Source of the DNA: Brevibacterium luteolum
GTDB taxonomy: Bacteria > Actinomycetota > Actinomycetes > Actinomycetales > Brevibacteriaceae
Length of the DNA stretch: 64,000 bases
Direction: 5' to 3'
Assembly: GCF_013004595.1 (NCBI RefSeq)
Contig: NZ_JABEMC010000001.1
Location: forward strand, 620,001-684,000
A program made the position numbers and the translations under genes. The notes under the pieces were generated by a model. The model did not search any database, was not told where the DNA came from, and saw only the letters and a list, made by a program, of their open reading frames with translations. This document shows, piece by piece, positions 1 to 9,533 of this stretch; position 1 is the first letter of the stretch, and every line of letters starts with the position of its first letter.

Positions 1-2
1 TC

Positions 3-641
3 AACCTCACCGTCTTCGCCTTCCTCGCCCAGTACATCGTGCCCGAACTCGCCCGCGGCCTGGCCGAGCACAACCCGCGCATGCTCCCGCGCGCCATCGT
101 CACCGGCATGGTCGCCACCGGCACGCTGCTCGCCCTCATCCCGCTCTCAGCGCTCGGGCTCATGGGCCACGACGGACTCACCCCGGTCGTCACCCTCGGC
201 TGGGGCCAGCAGCTCGGACCTGTTGCCTACTACCTGGCCAACATCTTCGCCGCGCTGGCGATGCTCACCTCGTTCTGGGCGCTCGGCCTGACCCTGCACA
301 CGAACATTCTCGACCGTTTCAACCTGCAGGAGAGCAACTACCGGCACCGCGCGATCTCGATCGCGGCAGCCTGCCTCGTCCCATTTGCCATCGGTCTCAT
401 CGGGCTGGCCGGATTCGTCTCCGCCCTCGGCTACGCCGGTGCCTTCGCCGGTGCGGTCATGGCGGTCGTTCCAGTCCTCATGCTCACCCGCGCCCGGCGC
501 ACCGGTGACGTCGAACCGGCCTGGCAGGCCGGCTGGGTCGCTCACCCGGTCATCCGCATCGCCATGATCACCGTGTTCACCGGCGCGTTCATCTACTCGC
601 TGCTGACGATCATCGGCCTCGTGCCCAACGGCTGGACGTGA
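3..641 (+). CDS. Aromatic/hydroxy amino acid permease family transporter, 5'-truncated by window edge
   Basis: Frame open from position 3 (NLTVFAFLAQYIVPELARG); multiple hydrophobic helices; LTSFWALG and GFVSALGYAGAF motifs resemble TyrP/Mtr-type permeases. Confidence 0.75.
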   Translation, partial: NLTVFAFLAQYIVPELARGLAEHNPRMLPRAIVTGMVATGTLLALIPLSALGLMGHDGLTPVVTLGWGQQLGPVAYYLANIFAALAMLTSFWALGLTLHTNILDRFNLQESNYRHRAISIAAACLVPFAIGLIGLAGFVSALGYAGAFAGAVMAVVPVLMLTRARRTGDVEPAWQAGWVAHPVIRIAMITVFTGAFIYSLLTIIGLVPNGWT

Positions 642-664
642 GTGCCTGCGATACCGTTGGAGTC

Positions 665-1198
665 ATGAGCACAGTAGTCGCCCGCCTGGGCAAACCGCAC
701 GGCATCCGCGGTGAGATGACCGTCGAAGTCCGCACCGACGATCCCGATGAGCGCTTCGTTCCCGAGGCGGTGTTCGGCACCGAACCCGACATCGGCCCGC
801 TGACGCTCACCCGCGCCCGCTGGCACCGCGACCGGCTGCTGCTGAGCTTCGCTGAGGTCCCGGACCGCAACCGGGCCGAGGAGATCCGCAACACCCTCAT
901 CACCGTCGATGCCGAGGACACGGAGGACGACGATGAGGATGCCTGGTACATCGACGACCTCATCGGTGCCGATGCCCTCATCGGCGAGCACCTCGTCGGG
1001 AAGGTCTCCGGGGTCAGCCCCGGTGCAGCCCAGGACCTGCTGCACATCACACCCTCGGCCGAACAGGTCGAGCGCACAGGCTCCGATGAGGAGATCCTCG
1101 TGCCCTTCGTCGCTGAGATCGTCCCCGAGGTCGACATCGACGCCGGACGTATCGTGCTCACCCCGCCGGCTGGCCTCATTCCGGGATTCGACGACTGA
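665..1198 (+). CDS. rimM: 16S rRNA processing protein RimM
   Basis: [14 protein letters not shown]-terminus, [18 protein letters not shown]; upstream of trmD; ATG 665 lies 7 nt after TACCGT. Confidence 0.97.
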   Translation: MSTVVARLGKPHGIRGEMTVEVRTDDPDERFVPEAVFGTEPDIGPLTLTRARWHRDRLLLSFAEVPDRNRAEEIRNTLITVDAEDTEDDDEDAWYIDDLIGADALIGEHLVGKVSGVSPGAAQDLLHITPSAEQVERTGSDEEILVPFVAEIVPEVDIDAGRIVLTPPAGLIPGFDD

Positions 1199-2040
1199 TG
1201 CGCATCGACGTCATCTCGATCTTCCCCGACTACCTCGCCCCGCTGCAGCTCTCACTGACCGGCAAAGCGATGGCCGCTGGCCTCCTCGACGTCGGCATCC
1301 ACGACCTGCGCGACTGGACCACCGACCGGCACCGCACCGTCGACGACACCCCCTACGGCGGGGGCGCGGGCATGGTGATGAAGCCCGAACCGTGGGCCCA
1401 GGCACTCACCGACGTCGCTGGGCTGGCTCCTGCGAGCCAGGTGCCGGCCGTCGCCCAGGCAACCGCCGCCTCGGGCCCGGTCACCGCCGCCGAGGCGGGG
1501 GAGCGGCCGGTGCTCATCGTCCCCTCACCGGCCGGGGCCCCCTTCACCCAGGCCGACGCCCGCCGGCTGGCCGGCCGATCGCATCTCGTGTTCGCCTGCG
1601 GGCGCTATGAGGGCATCGACCAGCGGGTCATCGACTGGGCAGGTGAGGACTTCGACGTCGAACTCGTCTCGATTGGCGACTACGTGCTCAACGGCGGTGA
1701 GGTCGCAGCACTCGTCATCATCGAAGCCGTCGCCCGGCTCATCCCCGGCTTCATGGGCAACCCGGACTCCCTCATCGAGGAGAGCTACGAGGACGGGCTG
1801 CTCGAATACCCCGTCTACACCAAGCCCGCCGATTGGCGCGGAAACCAGGTGCCAGATGTGCTGCTCTCAGGCAACCACGCCGCGATCGCACGGTGGCGGC
1901 GCGACCAGCGGCTCATCCGCACCCAGCGCACCCGCCCCGACCTGCTTGCCGGCCTGCCCGACGAAGCCCTCGATGCTCGTGACTGGCAGGTGCTCACCGA
2001 GGCCGAACGTGAAGTTGAGCCCGGCGGACCCGGCGGCTAA
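1198..2040 (+). CDS. trmD: tRNA (guanine37-N1)-methyltransferase
   Basis: [46 protein letters not shown] motifs. Confidence 0.99.
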   Translation: MRIDVISIFPDYLAPLQLSLTGKAMAAGLLDVGIHDLRDWTTDRHRTVDDTPYGGGAGMVMKPEPWAQALTDVAGLAPASQVPAVAQATAASGPVTAAEAGERPVLIVPSPAGAPFTQADARRLAGRSHLVFACGRYEGIDQRVIDWAGEDFDVELVSIGDYVLNGGEVAALVIIEAVARLIPGFMGNPDSLIEESYEDGLLEYPVYTKPADWRGNQVPDVLLSGNHAAIARWRRDQRLIRTQRTRPDLLAGLPDEALDARDWQVLTEAEREVEPGGPGG

Positions 2041-2240
2041 GATAGAGCATTGCGTTTGTTGGCACCGATCTGCCCCGGGGGAGCAGGTGCCAGCGCCCAC
2101 CGTTAGCCCATGAGGATCATGCCAGCAGGTGTGCGCAGCAGAGGAACACCGTTCCGGCAGACGAACTCATCTCATCACCGGCTGCGGCCGGGCTGATCGA
2201 AGCTGTGCCGGCCCGAGGCGAGCACACAGGAGAACACATC

Positions 2241-2582
2241 ATGCAGAAGCTTGACATTGTCGACAATAAGTCGATGAAGACGGACATCCCCGAGTTCCGC
2301 GCAGGCGACACTGTTGACGTCGCCGTCCGCGTCATCGAGGGCAGCCGCTCGCGTATCCAGATGTTCAAGGGTGTTGTCATCCGCCGTCAGGGTGCCGGCA
2401 TCTCCGAGACCTTCACCGTGCGCAAGATCAGCTTCGGCGTCGGCGTTGAGCGTACCTTCCCGCTCCACTCGCCGACCGTCGAGCGCATCGACGTCGTCTC
2501 CCGCGGCATCGTCCGCCGCGCGAAGCTGTACTACCTGCGCGACCTGCGCGGCAAGGCAGCTCGCATCCGCGAGAAGCGCTGA
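2241..2582 (+). CDS. rplS: 50S ribosomal protein L19
   Basis: [42 protein letters not shown] before ATG 2241. Confidence 0.99.
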   Translation: MQKLDIVDNKSMKTDIPEFRAGDTVDVAVRVIEGSRSRIQMFKGVVIRRQGAGISETFTVRKISFGVGVERTFPLHSPTVERIDVVSRGIVRRAKLYYLRDLRGKAARIREKR

Positions 2583-2602
2583 TCACTCGCCACGGCGAGA
2601 CC

Positions 2603-3253
2603 ATGACACCGACGAAGGGCGTGACTGCACAGTCGCGCCCTTCGCCGCGCCCGAGGCGGTGGCTGCGGTTGATCGCGATCCTCGCGGTCGTCGCCGTGCT
2701 CGCCGCCGCCGGCATCCGGGCCCTGGGCGTCCAGTCGTTCTCGATCCCGTCTGAGTCGATGGAGCCGACCTTCCATCCCGGCAACCGGGTCACGGTGCTG
2801 CGGGCCGACGCCCTGACCGGCAGCATCGAGGCCGGTGACGTCGTCGTCATCGACGGCCGCGGCTCCTTCCTGCCGACCAGCCCGCCGAACGCCGCCCAGC
2901 AGCTCGGCTCCTGGTTCGGAGTCGGGCCCGGTGACGTCTTCTTCATCAAACGCGTCATCGCAGTACCCGGCGACACCCTCGAATGCTGCTCTGATGACGG
3001 CAAGCTCATCCGCAACGGCGAAGAGATCGACGAACCCTATCTCGCCAGCTCGCCAGGTGCCGACCACCCGGCCTCAGCCACCCCGTTCGCCGTCGAAGTG
3101 CCAGCCGACCGACTGTGGCTCATGGGCGACAACCGGGACAACTCGACAGACTCCCGCGCGCTGCTCGGCAGCCCCGGCGGCGGGATGATCCCCACCCGGC
3201 GTGTCATCGGCGTCGTCATCGGCCACGGCTCCTCGGCTGACCGGGGCAAGTAG
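2603..3253 (+). CDS. lepB: Signal peptidase I
   Basis: TM helix, IPSESMEPT (catalytic Ser), IKRVIA (Lys), MGDNRDNSTDSR. Confidence 0.95.
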   Translation: MTPTKGVTAQSRPSPRPRRWLRLIAILAVVAVLAAAGIRALGVQSFSIPSESMEPTFHPGNRVTVLRADALTGSIEAGDVVVIDGRGSFLPTSPPNAAQQLGSWFGVGPGDVFFIKRVIAVPGDTLECCSDDGKLIRNGEEIDEPYLASSPGADHPASATPFAVEVPADRLWLMGDNRDNSTDSRALLGSPGGGMIPTRRVIGVVIGHGSSADRGK

Positions 3254-3266
3254 GTAGACTGCCTGC

Positions 3267-3938
3267 GTGGCCCAAAAAAAGACAGAGAAGAAGAGCCTGC
3301 GATACTTCCTCGTGGAAGTCGCTGTCATCCTCGTCATCGCCCTGGTCGTCTCGACTGCCGTGAAGACGTGGGTGGTGCGCTCCTTCTACATCCCCTCCAG
3401 CTCGATGGAGCCGACCCTGCTCGTCAACGACCGGGTGCTGGCCAACCAGCTGCCGGGCAACACCGTTGACCGCGGGGACATCGTCGTCTTCACCGATCCC
3501 GGCGGATGGCTCTCACCCGGGCTTGTCGCTGACTACAAGCCCAACCCGATCCTCGAATTCATCGGCCTCGTCCCCTCCGATGCCGGCACCCAGCTCGTCA
3601 AACGCGCGATCGCCGTCGGCGGCGACCACGTCGAATGCTGCGATGCCGAAGGTCGCGTCTCCGTCAACGGCCAGCCGCTGGACGAGACCTACCTCGGGGA
3701 GGGCACCGAACCCTCGGAGATCGAGTTCTCCGAAGACGTCCCGGCCGGCCACTACTGGGTGATGGGCGACAACCGCACCAACTCTCTGGACTCCCGCTAC
3801 AACGGCGACGCACCCGGCGGCGCTTTCGTCCCCGAGGACAAGGTCGTGGGCACTGTGTTCGTGCGCAACTGGCCGCTGGACCGGATCGGCCGGCTGAAGA
3901 ACCCGGAGGCGGTCTACGCCGATGTCCCGCAGCCCTGA
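3267..3938 (+). CDS. lepB: Signal peptidase I, second paralog
   Basis: IPSSSMEPTL, VKRAIA, MGDNRTNSLDSR. Confidence 0.95.
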   Translation: MAQKKTEKKSLRYFLVEVAVILVIALVVSTAVKTWVVRSFYIPSSSMEPTLLVNDRVLANQLPGNTVDRGDIVVFTDPGGWLSPGLVADYKPNPILEFIGLVPSDAGTQLVKRAIAVGGDHVECCDAEGRVSVNGQPLDETYLGEGTEPSEIEFSEDVPAGHYWVMGDNRTNSLDSRYNGDAPGGAFVPEDKVVGTVFVRNWPLDRIGRLKNPEAVYADVPQP

Positions 3939-4647
3939 CGCCGCCACCCTCGAACGCACCACCCGCACGGGCAGCACGGCTGCCGGTCTGCGCGACCTGA
4001 GCGCCGAACGTGAGCTTGCCGCTGCCGGTGTCGAGACGATCATCGGCATGGATGAGGTCGGCCGCGGCTGCGTGGCCGGGCCGATCGGCGTCGGTGCCGT
4101 TCACTACCGGCTGGTTGACCTGCTCGCAGGCGACATCCCCGCGGGCATCCACGACTCCAAGCAGCTGAACATCACCGCCCGGCAGACGATCGCCCAGACT
4201 GTCACCGCCTGGCAGCAGCACACCGCCGTCGCCTACGCGTCTCCTGCTGAGATCGATGCCCTCGGTGTCACCCTGGCGCTGTGCCTGGCCGGCCGGCGGG
4301 CACTTGCCGCACTGCCGCCGGCCAGCCTCGTGCTCCTTGACGGCAGCCACGACTGGCTGTCCTCCCCGCTCACCCTCGACTGCTTCGACACCTTCGGACC
4401 CGCCGCCGAGGTCGATGTCCCTGAAGTGCGCACGATCATCAAGGGCGACGGCACCCGCGTGACGATCGCTGCTGCCAGCGTGCTGGCCAAAGTCGCCCGC
4501 GATGAGCTCATGCACGCCCTTGCCGCCGAATACCCCGGTTATGCCTGGGATTCCAACGTCGGCTACCTCACCCAGGCCCACCGCGCCGGAGTCGCCGCCC
4601 ACGGGATGAGCCCGCACCACCGGCGCAGCTTCCGCATCGACGTCTGA
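3922..4647 (+). CDS. rnhB: Ribonuclease HII
   Basis: GMDEVGRG, DSKQL, LLDG, IKGD, AAASVLAKVARD, NVGY, HRRSF. Confidence 0.97.
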   Translation: MSRSPDAATLERTTRTGSTAAGLRDLSAERELAAAGVETIIGMDEVGRGCVAGPIGVGAVHYRLVDLLAGDIPAGIHDSKQLNITARQTIAQTVTAWQQHTAVAYASPAEIDALGVTLALCLAGRRALAALPPASLVLLDGSHDWLSSPLTLDCFDTFGPAAEVDVPEVRTIIKGDGTRVTIAAASVLAKVARDELMHALAAEYPGYAWDSNVGYLTQAHRAGVAAHGMSPHHRRSFRIDV

Positions 4648-4732
4648 ACACTAGCCGGGCAGAGGCTCACTGTCTGCACCCTGCTGCCGGTTCATGATTC
4701 TGCAACCGCTGACAGTGGCATAGGATGACGCC

Positions 4733-5053
4733 ATGAGCGCCGAGGACCTGGAAAACTACGAAGCCGACCTGGAACTGCAGCTGTACCGCGAGTACCGCGA
4801 TGTTGTCGGACTGTTCTCATACGTCGTCGACACGAACCAGCGGTTCTACCTGGCCAATTCGGTCGATCTCAAGGCCCACCATGAGGGCTCGGACGTCTAC
4901 TTCGAAGTCACCCTCAAGGACGCCTGGGTGTGGGACACCTACCGCACCGCCCGGTTTGTCAAGCACGTCTCGATCCTGACGTTCAAGGACGTCAACATCG
5001 AGGAGATCGCCAAGAACGAGGACTTCGATCCGCCGCAGTCGCTGCGCCCGTGA
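4733..5053 (+). CDS. DUF2469 family protein
   Basis: MSAEDLENYE...LYREYRDVV...DAWVWD; conserved actinobacterial neighbour of rnhB. Confidence 0.93.
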   Translation: MSAEDLENYEADLELQLYREYRDVVGLFSYVVDTNQRFYLANSVDLKAHHEGSDVYFEVTLKDAWVWDTYRTARFVKHVSILTFKDVNIEEIAKNEDFDPPQSLRP

Positions 5054-5060
5054 ACGCCGA

Positions 5061-5098
5061 AGAGCTGTGACCACACGTCGTTGTGCGGTCACAGCTCT
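5061..5098. terminator. Hairpin between convergent genes, probable bidirectional terminator
   Basis: Perfect 12-bp inverted repeat AGAGCTGTGACC...GGTCACAGCTCT. Confidence 0.75.
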
Positions 5099-5115
5099 GC
5101 GCTACTGCCTGTGGA

Positions 5116-6198
5116 TCAGCGAGCGTCGGCGATGCGCTGACCGGCCATCTCCTCAGCGACCTCGGCAGCCGGACGGTCTTCTGCCTCGGCCTGATCGAGG
5201 ACCTGCGTGACCCGGTCGAACAGCGAGAGCACGCTGGCACGCGAACCCTCCAGCGATGGCTCGGAGTAGATCATCGTCGCTGCGGCCATGACACCGCCGG
5301 CGTTGGCGAGGAAGTCGGGCACGTAGGCGATGCCGCGCTCACGCAGCTGCCGGCCGTGGGCCGGGGTGGCGAGCTGGTTGTTGGCGATGCCGCTGATGAG
5401 GCGGGCCTTGATGTCGCCGATCGTGTCATCGTTGATGATGCCGCCGAGAGCACACGGGGCGAACACGTCGACATGCTGGGCGTGGATCTCATCGGCGGGA
5501 ACCGCGGTGGCGCCGAAAGCCTCAACGGCGGAGTCGACAGCCGGCTGGTAGACGTCGGAGACGACGAGTTCGGCACCGGCCTCATGCAGCATCCGGCACA
5601 GTTCGCGCCCGGTGCCGCCGAGTCCCTGCACGGCCACGCGCAGACCCGACAGGTCAACCCGGTCAGCTGGGTCTGAGGTGTCGGCCTTGGCGCGTTCCTT
5701 CCACACGTGTGCGACACCGGCCTGCAGCGACGTGAACGCGCCGAGGGCGGTGAACTGGGAGGTGCTGACACCTGCGGGGAACTGGCTGGCGCGGGCGAAG
5801 ATGTAATCGCAGTTCTCCGCCAGCACATCGGCATCCTCCGGGCCGACGCCGACGTCGATGGCGGTCCAGTAGCGGCCGCCGAGCGTCTGCACGTGCTTGG
5901 AGAAGGCGCGCAGCACCTCTGCCTTGTCGGGTCGGTGCGGATCGGCGATGATGACGCACTTGCCGCCGCCGAGCGGCAGGCCGGCGATCGAGTTCTTATA
6001 GGTCATGCCGCGTGAGAGGCGCAGCACGTCGGTGAGCGCATCGGCTTCGGACTCGTACGGATACATTCGGCAGCCGCCGGCAGCCGGTCCGAGAGTGGTG
6101 TCGTGCACGGCGATGATGGCGCGCAGGTCGAGGTCGCGGTCATGGCAGAAGATGACCTGCTCGTGGTGATCGAACTCAGGGTGCGAGAAGAGGTCCAC
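5116..6198 (-). CDS. Glu/Leu/Phe/Val dehydrogenase (Leu/Phe type)
   Basis: HDTTLGPAAGGCRM, LSRGMTYKN, GGGK, VQGLGGTG, APCALGG, ANNQL, YVPDFLANAGG; SD GAAGGAG before GTG at 6198. Confidence 0.93.
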   Translation of the reverse strand: MDLFSHPEFDHHEQVIFCHDRDLDLRAIIAVHDTTLGPAAGGCRMYPYESEADALTDVLRLSRGMTYKNSIAGLPLGGGKCVIIADPHRPDKAEVLRAFSKHVQTLGGRYWTAIDVGVGPEDADVLAENCDYIFARASQFPAGVSTSQFTALGAFTSLQAGVAHVWKERAKADTSDPADRVDLSGLRVAVQGLGGTGRELCRMLHEAGAELVVSDVYQPAVDSAVEAFGATAVPADEIHAQHVDVFAPCALGGIINDDTIGDIKARLISGIANNQLATPAHGRQLRERGIAYVPDFLANAGGVMAAATMIYSEPSLEGSRASVLSLFDRVTQVLDQAEAEDRPAAEVAEEMAGQRIADAR

Positions 6199-6592
6199 GG
6201 TGACTCCTTCGGTCTCAGGTGTGAGCAGCAGGCGCGGGATGTGCGCCCGTGCAAAAACCGCACGCGGTTCGCGCGAGCGGCCTTTGACCTCACCGTACAT
6301 CGGTTCTGCCGGACAGAGGTAGCTGGGCGGGATGGTCCGGTGGCTGTACTACTTCTACTCTGGCTGTCCTTCTCGTCGCGCCTGTGCATGTGGGTGTTTG
6401 ATGAGCCTTGACCCCGGGATTTCGGGCGCGGATCTTTTCCAGGACGTGTCGACAATTCGCGCAGTTCGGGAGTTAAAAACTCGAGGCTGGGTGATCCAGC
6501 GCAGATGATGGCGTGGGCACACGAAAAGCGGATTGGCCGAAAATGCAGATTCTGGCAATATTCGGCTGGGCGCGGCGACTGGCAGCGAGCGG

Positions 6593-6943
6593 TTATTTCG
6601 TCTCGTTCGGGTGGCTTGTGTGAACCTGCTCGAGGAATACAGTCTTGTCGACGACGAAGTACCAGATCCGAGCAGTGCCTTTCGCGGTCGGTTTGTGCTG
6701 CCAACGTTCGTGCGTGGTTCCGCCTCGGGAAAGATGTCCGAGCTGGCCCTTGAGCCGATAGTTGGTTGGAGTGGTGGTCAAAGGCGCCCGGGTGAGGAAA
6801 TCCCAGGTATCGGCCATCGGATTGCGGATGGTTGCGACGAGGTCGCGCCAGCCCTTCTGTGCTTCGGCGGTAGCGAATCTGATTTCATACTCGACCTTCT
6901 TCGGAGGCCGAGGAACCAACTTGCCCTTCTTGCTGCCTGACAC
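6593..6943 (-). CDS. Putative RelE/ParE-superfamily toxin
   Basis: 116 aa basic protein (YEIRF...KGWRDL...LKG...RIWY...HP) 2 nt downstream of a Phd-like antitoxin. Confidence 0.65.
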   Translation of the reverse strand: MSGSKKGKLVPRPPKKVEYEIRFATAEAQKGWRDLVATIRNPMADTWDFLTRAPLTTTPTNYRLKGQLGHLSRGGTTHERWQHKPTAKGTARIWYFVVDKTVFLEQVHTSHPNETK

Positions 6944-6945
6944 GG

Positions 6946-7407
6946 TCAGGGGCGCTCCACGACGTCGTCACCCTCGTCGAGCCATTCGAGTTCGGCACTC
7001 CCGAGTCCGGCGGCCATTGCCGTGGCTGTCTCCTTCCACGACGTCAGCTCAGCGATCGCCAGGTGCGGTTGATCAGTCGAGAAGGACGCTCGTGCGGCGT
7101 CGACGAGATTGTGAGCGCAGGACTCGCGGTCCTCAGGAGAGAGAGCGTGCATCCACGGGAACGACCTCGTCATGCGTTCGGGGAGAGTGCCGGATTCGTC
7201 GAGGGCGACGGTCAGCAACCGAGCAGCGAAGTCAAGCAGGTGAGTGCGGGCGTCTGCCTCGCGCTGCGACATGAGTACGAGCGCTTCGCCGTCTCGGCGC
7301 GTCACCGTGACGGGGTGATCTTCAGCCTCGGCGAAGACCTCGGCGGAGTGCTTACTCAGATCCGACGAGCGCCGAGTGTAGGCAGGGAGGGCGGAAGCAG
7401 CGGTCAT
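6946..7407 (-). CDS. Prevent-host-death (Phd/YefM-like) antitoxin with C-terminal extension
   Basis: N-terminal SSDLSKHSAEVFAEAEDHPVTVTRRDGEALVLMS matches the Phd pattern; acidic C-terminus. Confidence 0.75.
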   Translation of the reverse strand: MTAASALPAYTRRSSDLSKHSAEVFAEAEDHPVTVTRRDGEALVLMSQREADARTHLLDFAARLLTVALDESGTLPERMTRSFPWMHALSPEDRESCAHNLVDAARASFSTDQPHLAIAELTSWKETATAMAAGLGSAELEWLDEGDDVVERP

Positions 7408-7413
7408 AGATCC

Positions 7414-7437
7414 ATCATATTCGGAACGTGTTCGGAA
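7414..7437 (-). promoter_or_regulatory. Leaderless promoter of the TA operon with adjacent candidate operator
   Basis: TATGAT (minus, 7414-7419) 6 nt before ATG; TTCGGAA-N4-TTCGGAA repeat/imperfect palindrome at 7420-7437. Confidence 0.6.
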
Positions 7438-7605
7438 GTCTAGGGTTTATTGCTGCGGCTGTCTTCCCTCCGATGCTGACCTCGCGACTGGCTGGGTGTG
7501 GACCGGCGCGGAGGCGTGAGCCCGGTCGGGTGTGCACGATCGGTGTCCGTCCACACCGGTAGGGCAGGCGTTCTCACCAGCCGCATGCGCTGGTGAGGTG
7601 GAGCC

Positions 7606-7956
7606 ATGAAAGCACAGACACTCGGCCGCACCGGTGAGGACTACGCCACCCGCTACCTCGAATGCCTCGGTTGGACGATCCTGCACCGCAACTGGCGCTG
7701 CTCCAATGGCGAGATCGACATCATCGCCCGCGACGGTGACACGCTCGTCTTCGTCGAGGTCAAAACCCGTATCGCGTCCTGGGCAGGGCACCCGCTGGAG
7801 GCGATCACCCCGATCAAGCTCAGAAACCTGCGGACCCTCGGTCTGCGGTTCCTGGCCGAGTGCGATGAGTGGTATCCGCAGTTCAGGTTCGATGCCATCG
7901 GCATTCTGTGGAGCGCCCGCCAACCGGACCTCCAACACGTCAGGGATGTGCAATGA
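7606..7956 (+). CDS. yraN: YraN (UPF0102) family protein
   Basis: LGRTGED, RNWRC, GEIDII, FVEVKTR, RFDAI. Confidence 0.95.
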   Translation: MKAQTLGRTGEDYATRYLECLGWTILHRNWRCSNGEIDIIARDGDTLVFVEVKTRIASWAGHPLEAITPIKLRNLRTLGLRFLAECDEWYPQFRFDAIGILWSARQPDLQHVRDVQ

Positions 7957-9533
7957 GTGCAGTGGAAGAGGAGCAGAAGGCCCGCGTCGTCGGCGGGGTG
8001 CGCAACCGCCTCGGCCGGGCCCAGGCGGTCGCCCTGTGGGGCACCAGCGGCACACTGATCAGCATCGAGACGAGCATGAACCAGGGCCTTCCCGGAATCG
8101 ACATCATCGGCCTGCCCGATGCCTCGGTCAGCGAATCGCGCAAACGGATCCGGGCGGCACTGTCGAATCTGGGGATCTCGCTCAGTGCTGCGAAGGTGAC
8201 AGTCAACCTGCAGCCGGGTGCGGTCAGGAAGGTCGGAACATCCTTCGACCTCGGCATCGCGGTGACGATCCTCGCCTGCGAGGAGCTCATTCCGGAGCAC
8301 TCAGCAGATGGGGTCGTGCACTGCGGTGAGCTCGGTCTCGACGGGCGCATTCTGCCTGTGCGCGGGGTGCTGCCGACGATCCTCGCCGGTCTGGAGGCGG
8401 GCTTCACTCGCTTCGTCGTTCCCTACGGCAATCGTGCCGAAGCAGCTCTTGTCCCGCAGGCTGAGGTCGTTGCCGCCGGGCATCTGGCCGATGTCGTCCA
8501 GGCTCACGGTGGTCGTGCGGCACCATCCAACACCGAACCAGTGCCCGCGGCTCCCAGCAGTCGCGAGAACGTCATCGAACCCACCGATCTCGCCGACGTC
8601 CACGGTCAGCATGACGCCCGGCGCGCACTCGAACTGGCGGCCGCCGGTGGCCACCACTTGCTCATGAGCGGTGCTCCCGGCGCCGGCAAGTCGATGCTCG
8701 CCGCCTGTCTCAGCGGCATCGTGCCGCCGTTGAACCGCGATGAGCGCATAGAAGTGCTGGCCATGCAGTCACTGGCCGGCTGCGTCGAAGCCGATGAACT
8801 CGATGCTGTTGCTCCACCGTTCGAAGCGCCTCATCACCGGACGACAGCCACGGCGATGGTCGGTGGCTCCCGGCCGGGAGCGATCGGAGTGTTCTCACGC
8901 GCTCACCGCGGGGTGCTGTTCCTCGATGAGGCTCCGGAATTCAACCGCGACGTGCTCGAAGCGCTGCGTCAGCCGCTGGAGAGCGGCTACTGCGATATCC
9001 ACCGCGCCTGGGGGTCGGTGGTGCTGCCGGCGAAATTCCAACTCGTGCTGGCGGCCAACCCGTGTCCCTGCGGTGTCGCTGGCAGCAGCACCCAGACGTG
9101 TTCGTGCACCCCGCACGTGCGCCGCCGCTACCGGCAGAAGCTCTCCGGCCCGCTGCTCGACCGCGTCGACATCCAGCTCGACGTCCTGCCTGTCACCGCA
9201 GCCGACCTGCGCACGGATGCGCCAGTCGAGTCGTCGACTGTCGTCGCCGAGCGGGTGGCGGCAGCACGGGAGCGCCAGACCCACCGCTATGCCGATATGC
9301 CGTGGAACACGAACGCCCGCGCACCGGGTGCGTATCTGCGAGAAGCGTTCTCCTTCAGATCCAGTGAGACTCACGTCCTCGACCAGGCACTCGAACGCGG
9401 TCTGCTGTCGATGCGCGGATATGACCGAGTGCTGCGGATCGCCGCGACCATCGCCGACCTCGCCGGCCGAACCCGCCCCGATGGCGACGATGTGCTCGCC
9501 GCGGCACTCCTGCGCATGCGGGAGGCACAATGA
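7953..9533 (+). CDS. yifB: YifB/ComM family Mg-chelatase-like AAA+ ATPase
   Basis: IIGLPD, GELGLDG, AAAGGHH, GAPGAGKSMLA, LFLDEAPEF, AANPCPCG, SGPLLDRVD; ATGA overlap with yraN. Confidence 0.95.
   Translation: MSAVEEEQKARVVGGVRNRLGRAQAVALWGTSGTLISIETSMNQGLPGIDIIGLPDASVSESRKRIRAALSNLGISLSAAKVTVNLQPGAVRKVGTSFDLGIAVTILACEELIPEHSADGVVHCGELGLDGRILPVRGVLPTILAGLEAGFTRFVVPYGNRAEAALVPQAEVVAAGHLADVVQAHGGRAAPSNTEPVPAAPSSRENVIEPTDLADVHGQHDARRALELAAAGGHHLLMSGAPGAGKSMLAACLSGIVPPLNRDERIEVLAMQSLAGCVEADELDAVAPPFEAPHHRTTATAMVGGSRPGAIGVFSRAHRGVLFLDEAPEFNRDVLEALRQPLESGYCDIHRAWGSVVLPAKFQLVLAANPCPCGVAGSSTQTCSCTPHVRRRYRQKLSGPLLDRVDIQLDVLPVTAADLRTDAPVESSTVVAERVAAARERQTHRYADMPWNTNARAPGAYLREAFSFRSSETHVLDQALERGLLSMRGYDRVLRIAATIADLAGRTRPDGDDVLAAALLRMREAQ

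Noticed and set aside
2603..3938. Tandem lepB duplication as a novelty
   Set aside because: Multiple signal peptidase I genes after rplS are common in actinobacteria
6003..6704. 233-aa minus-strand ORF spanning the toxin-dehydrogenase gap
   Set aside because: Overlaps both real genes out of frame; Arg/Ser/Pro-rich noise composition
7420..7437. LexA SOS box upstream of the TA operon
   Set aside because: GAAC-N2-GTTC spacing, not the GAAC-N4-GTTC of the actinobacterial SOS box
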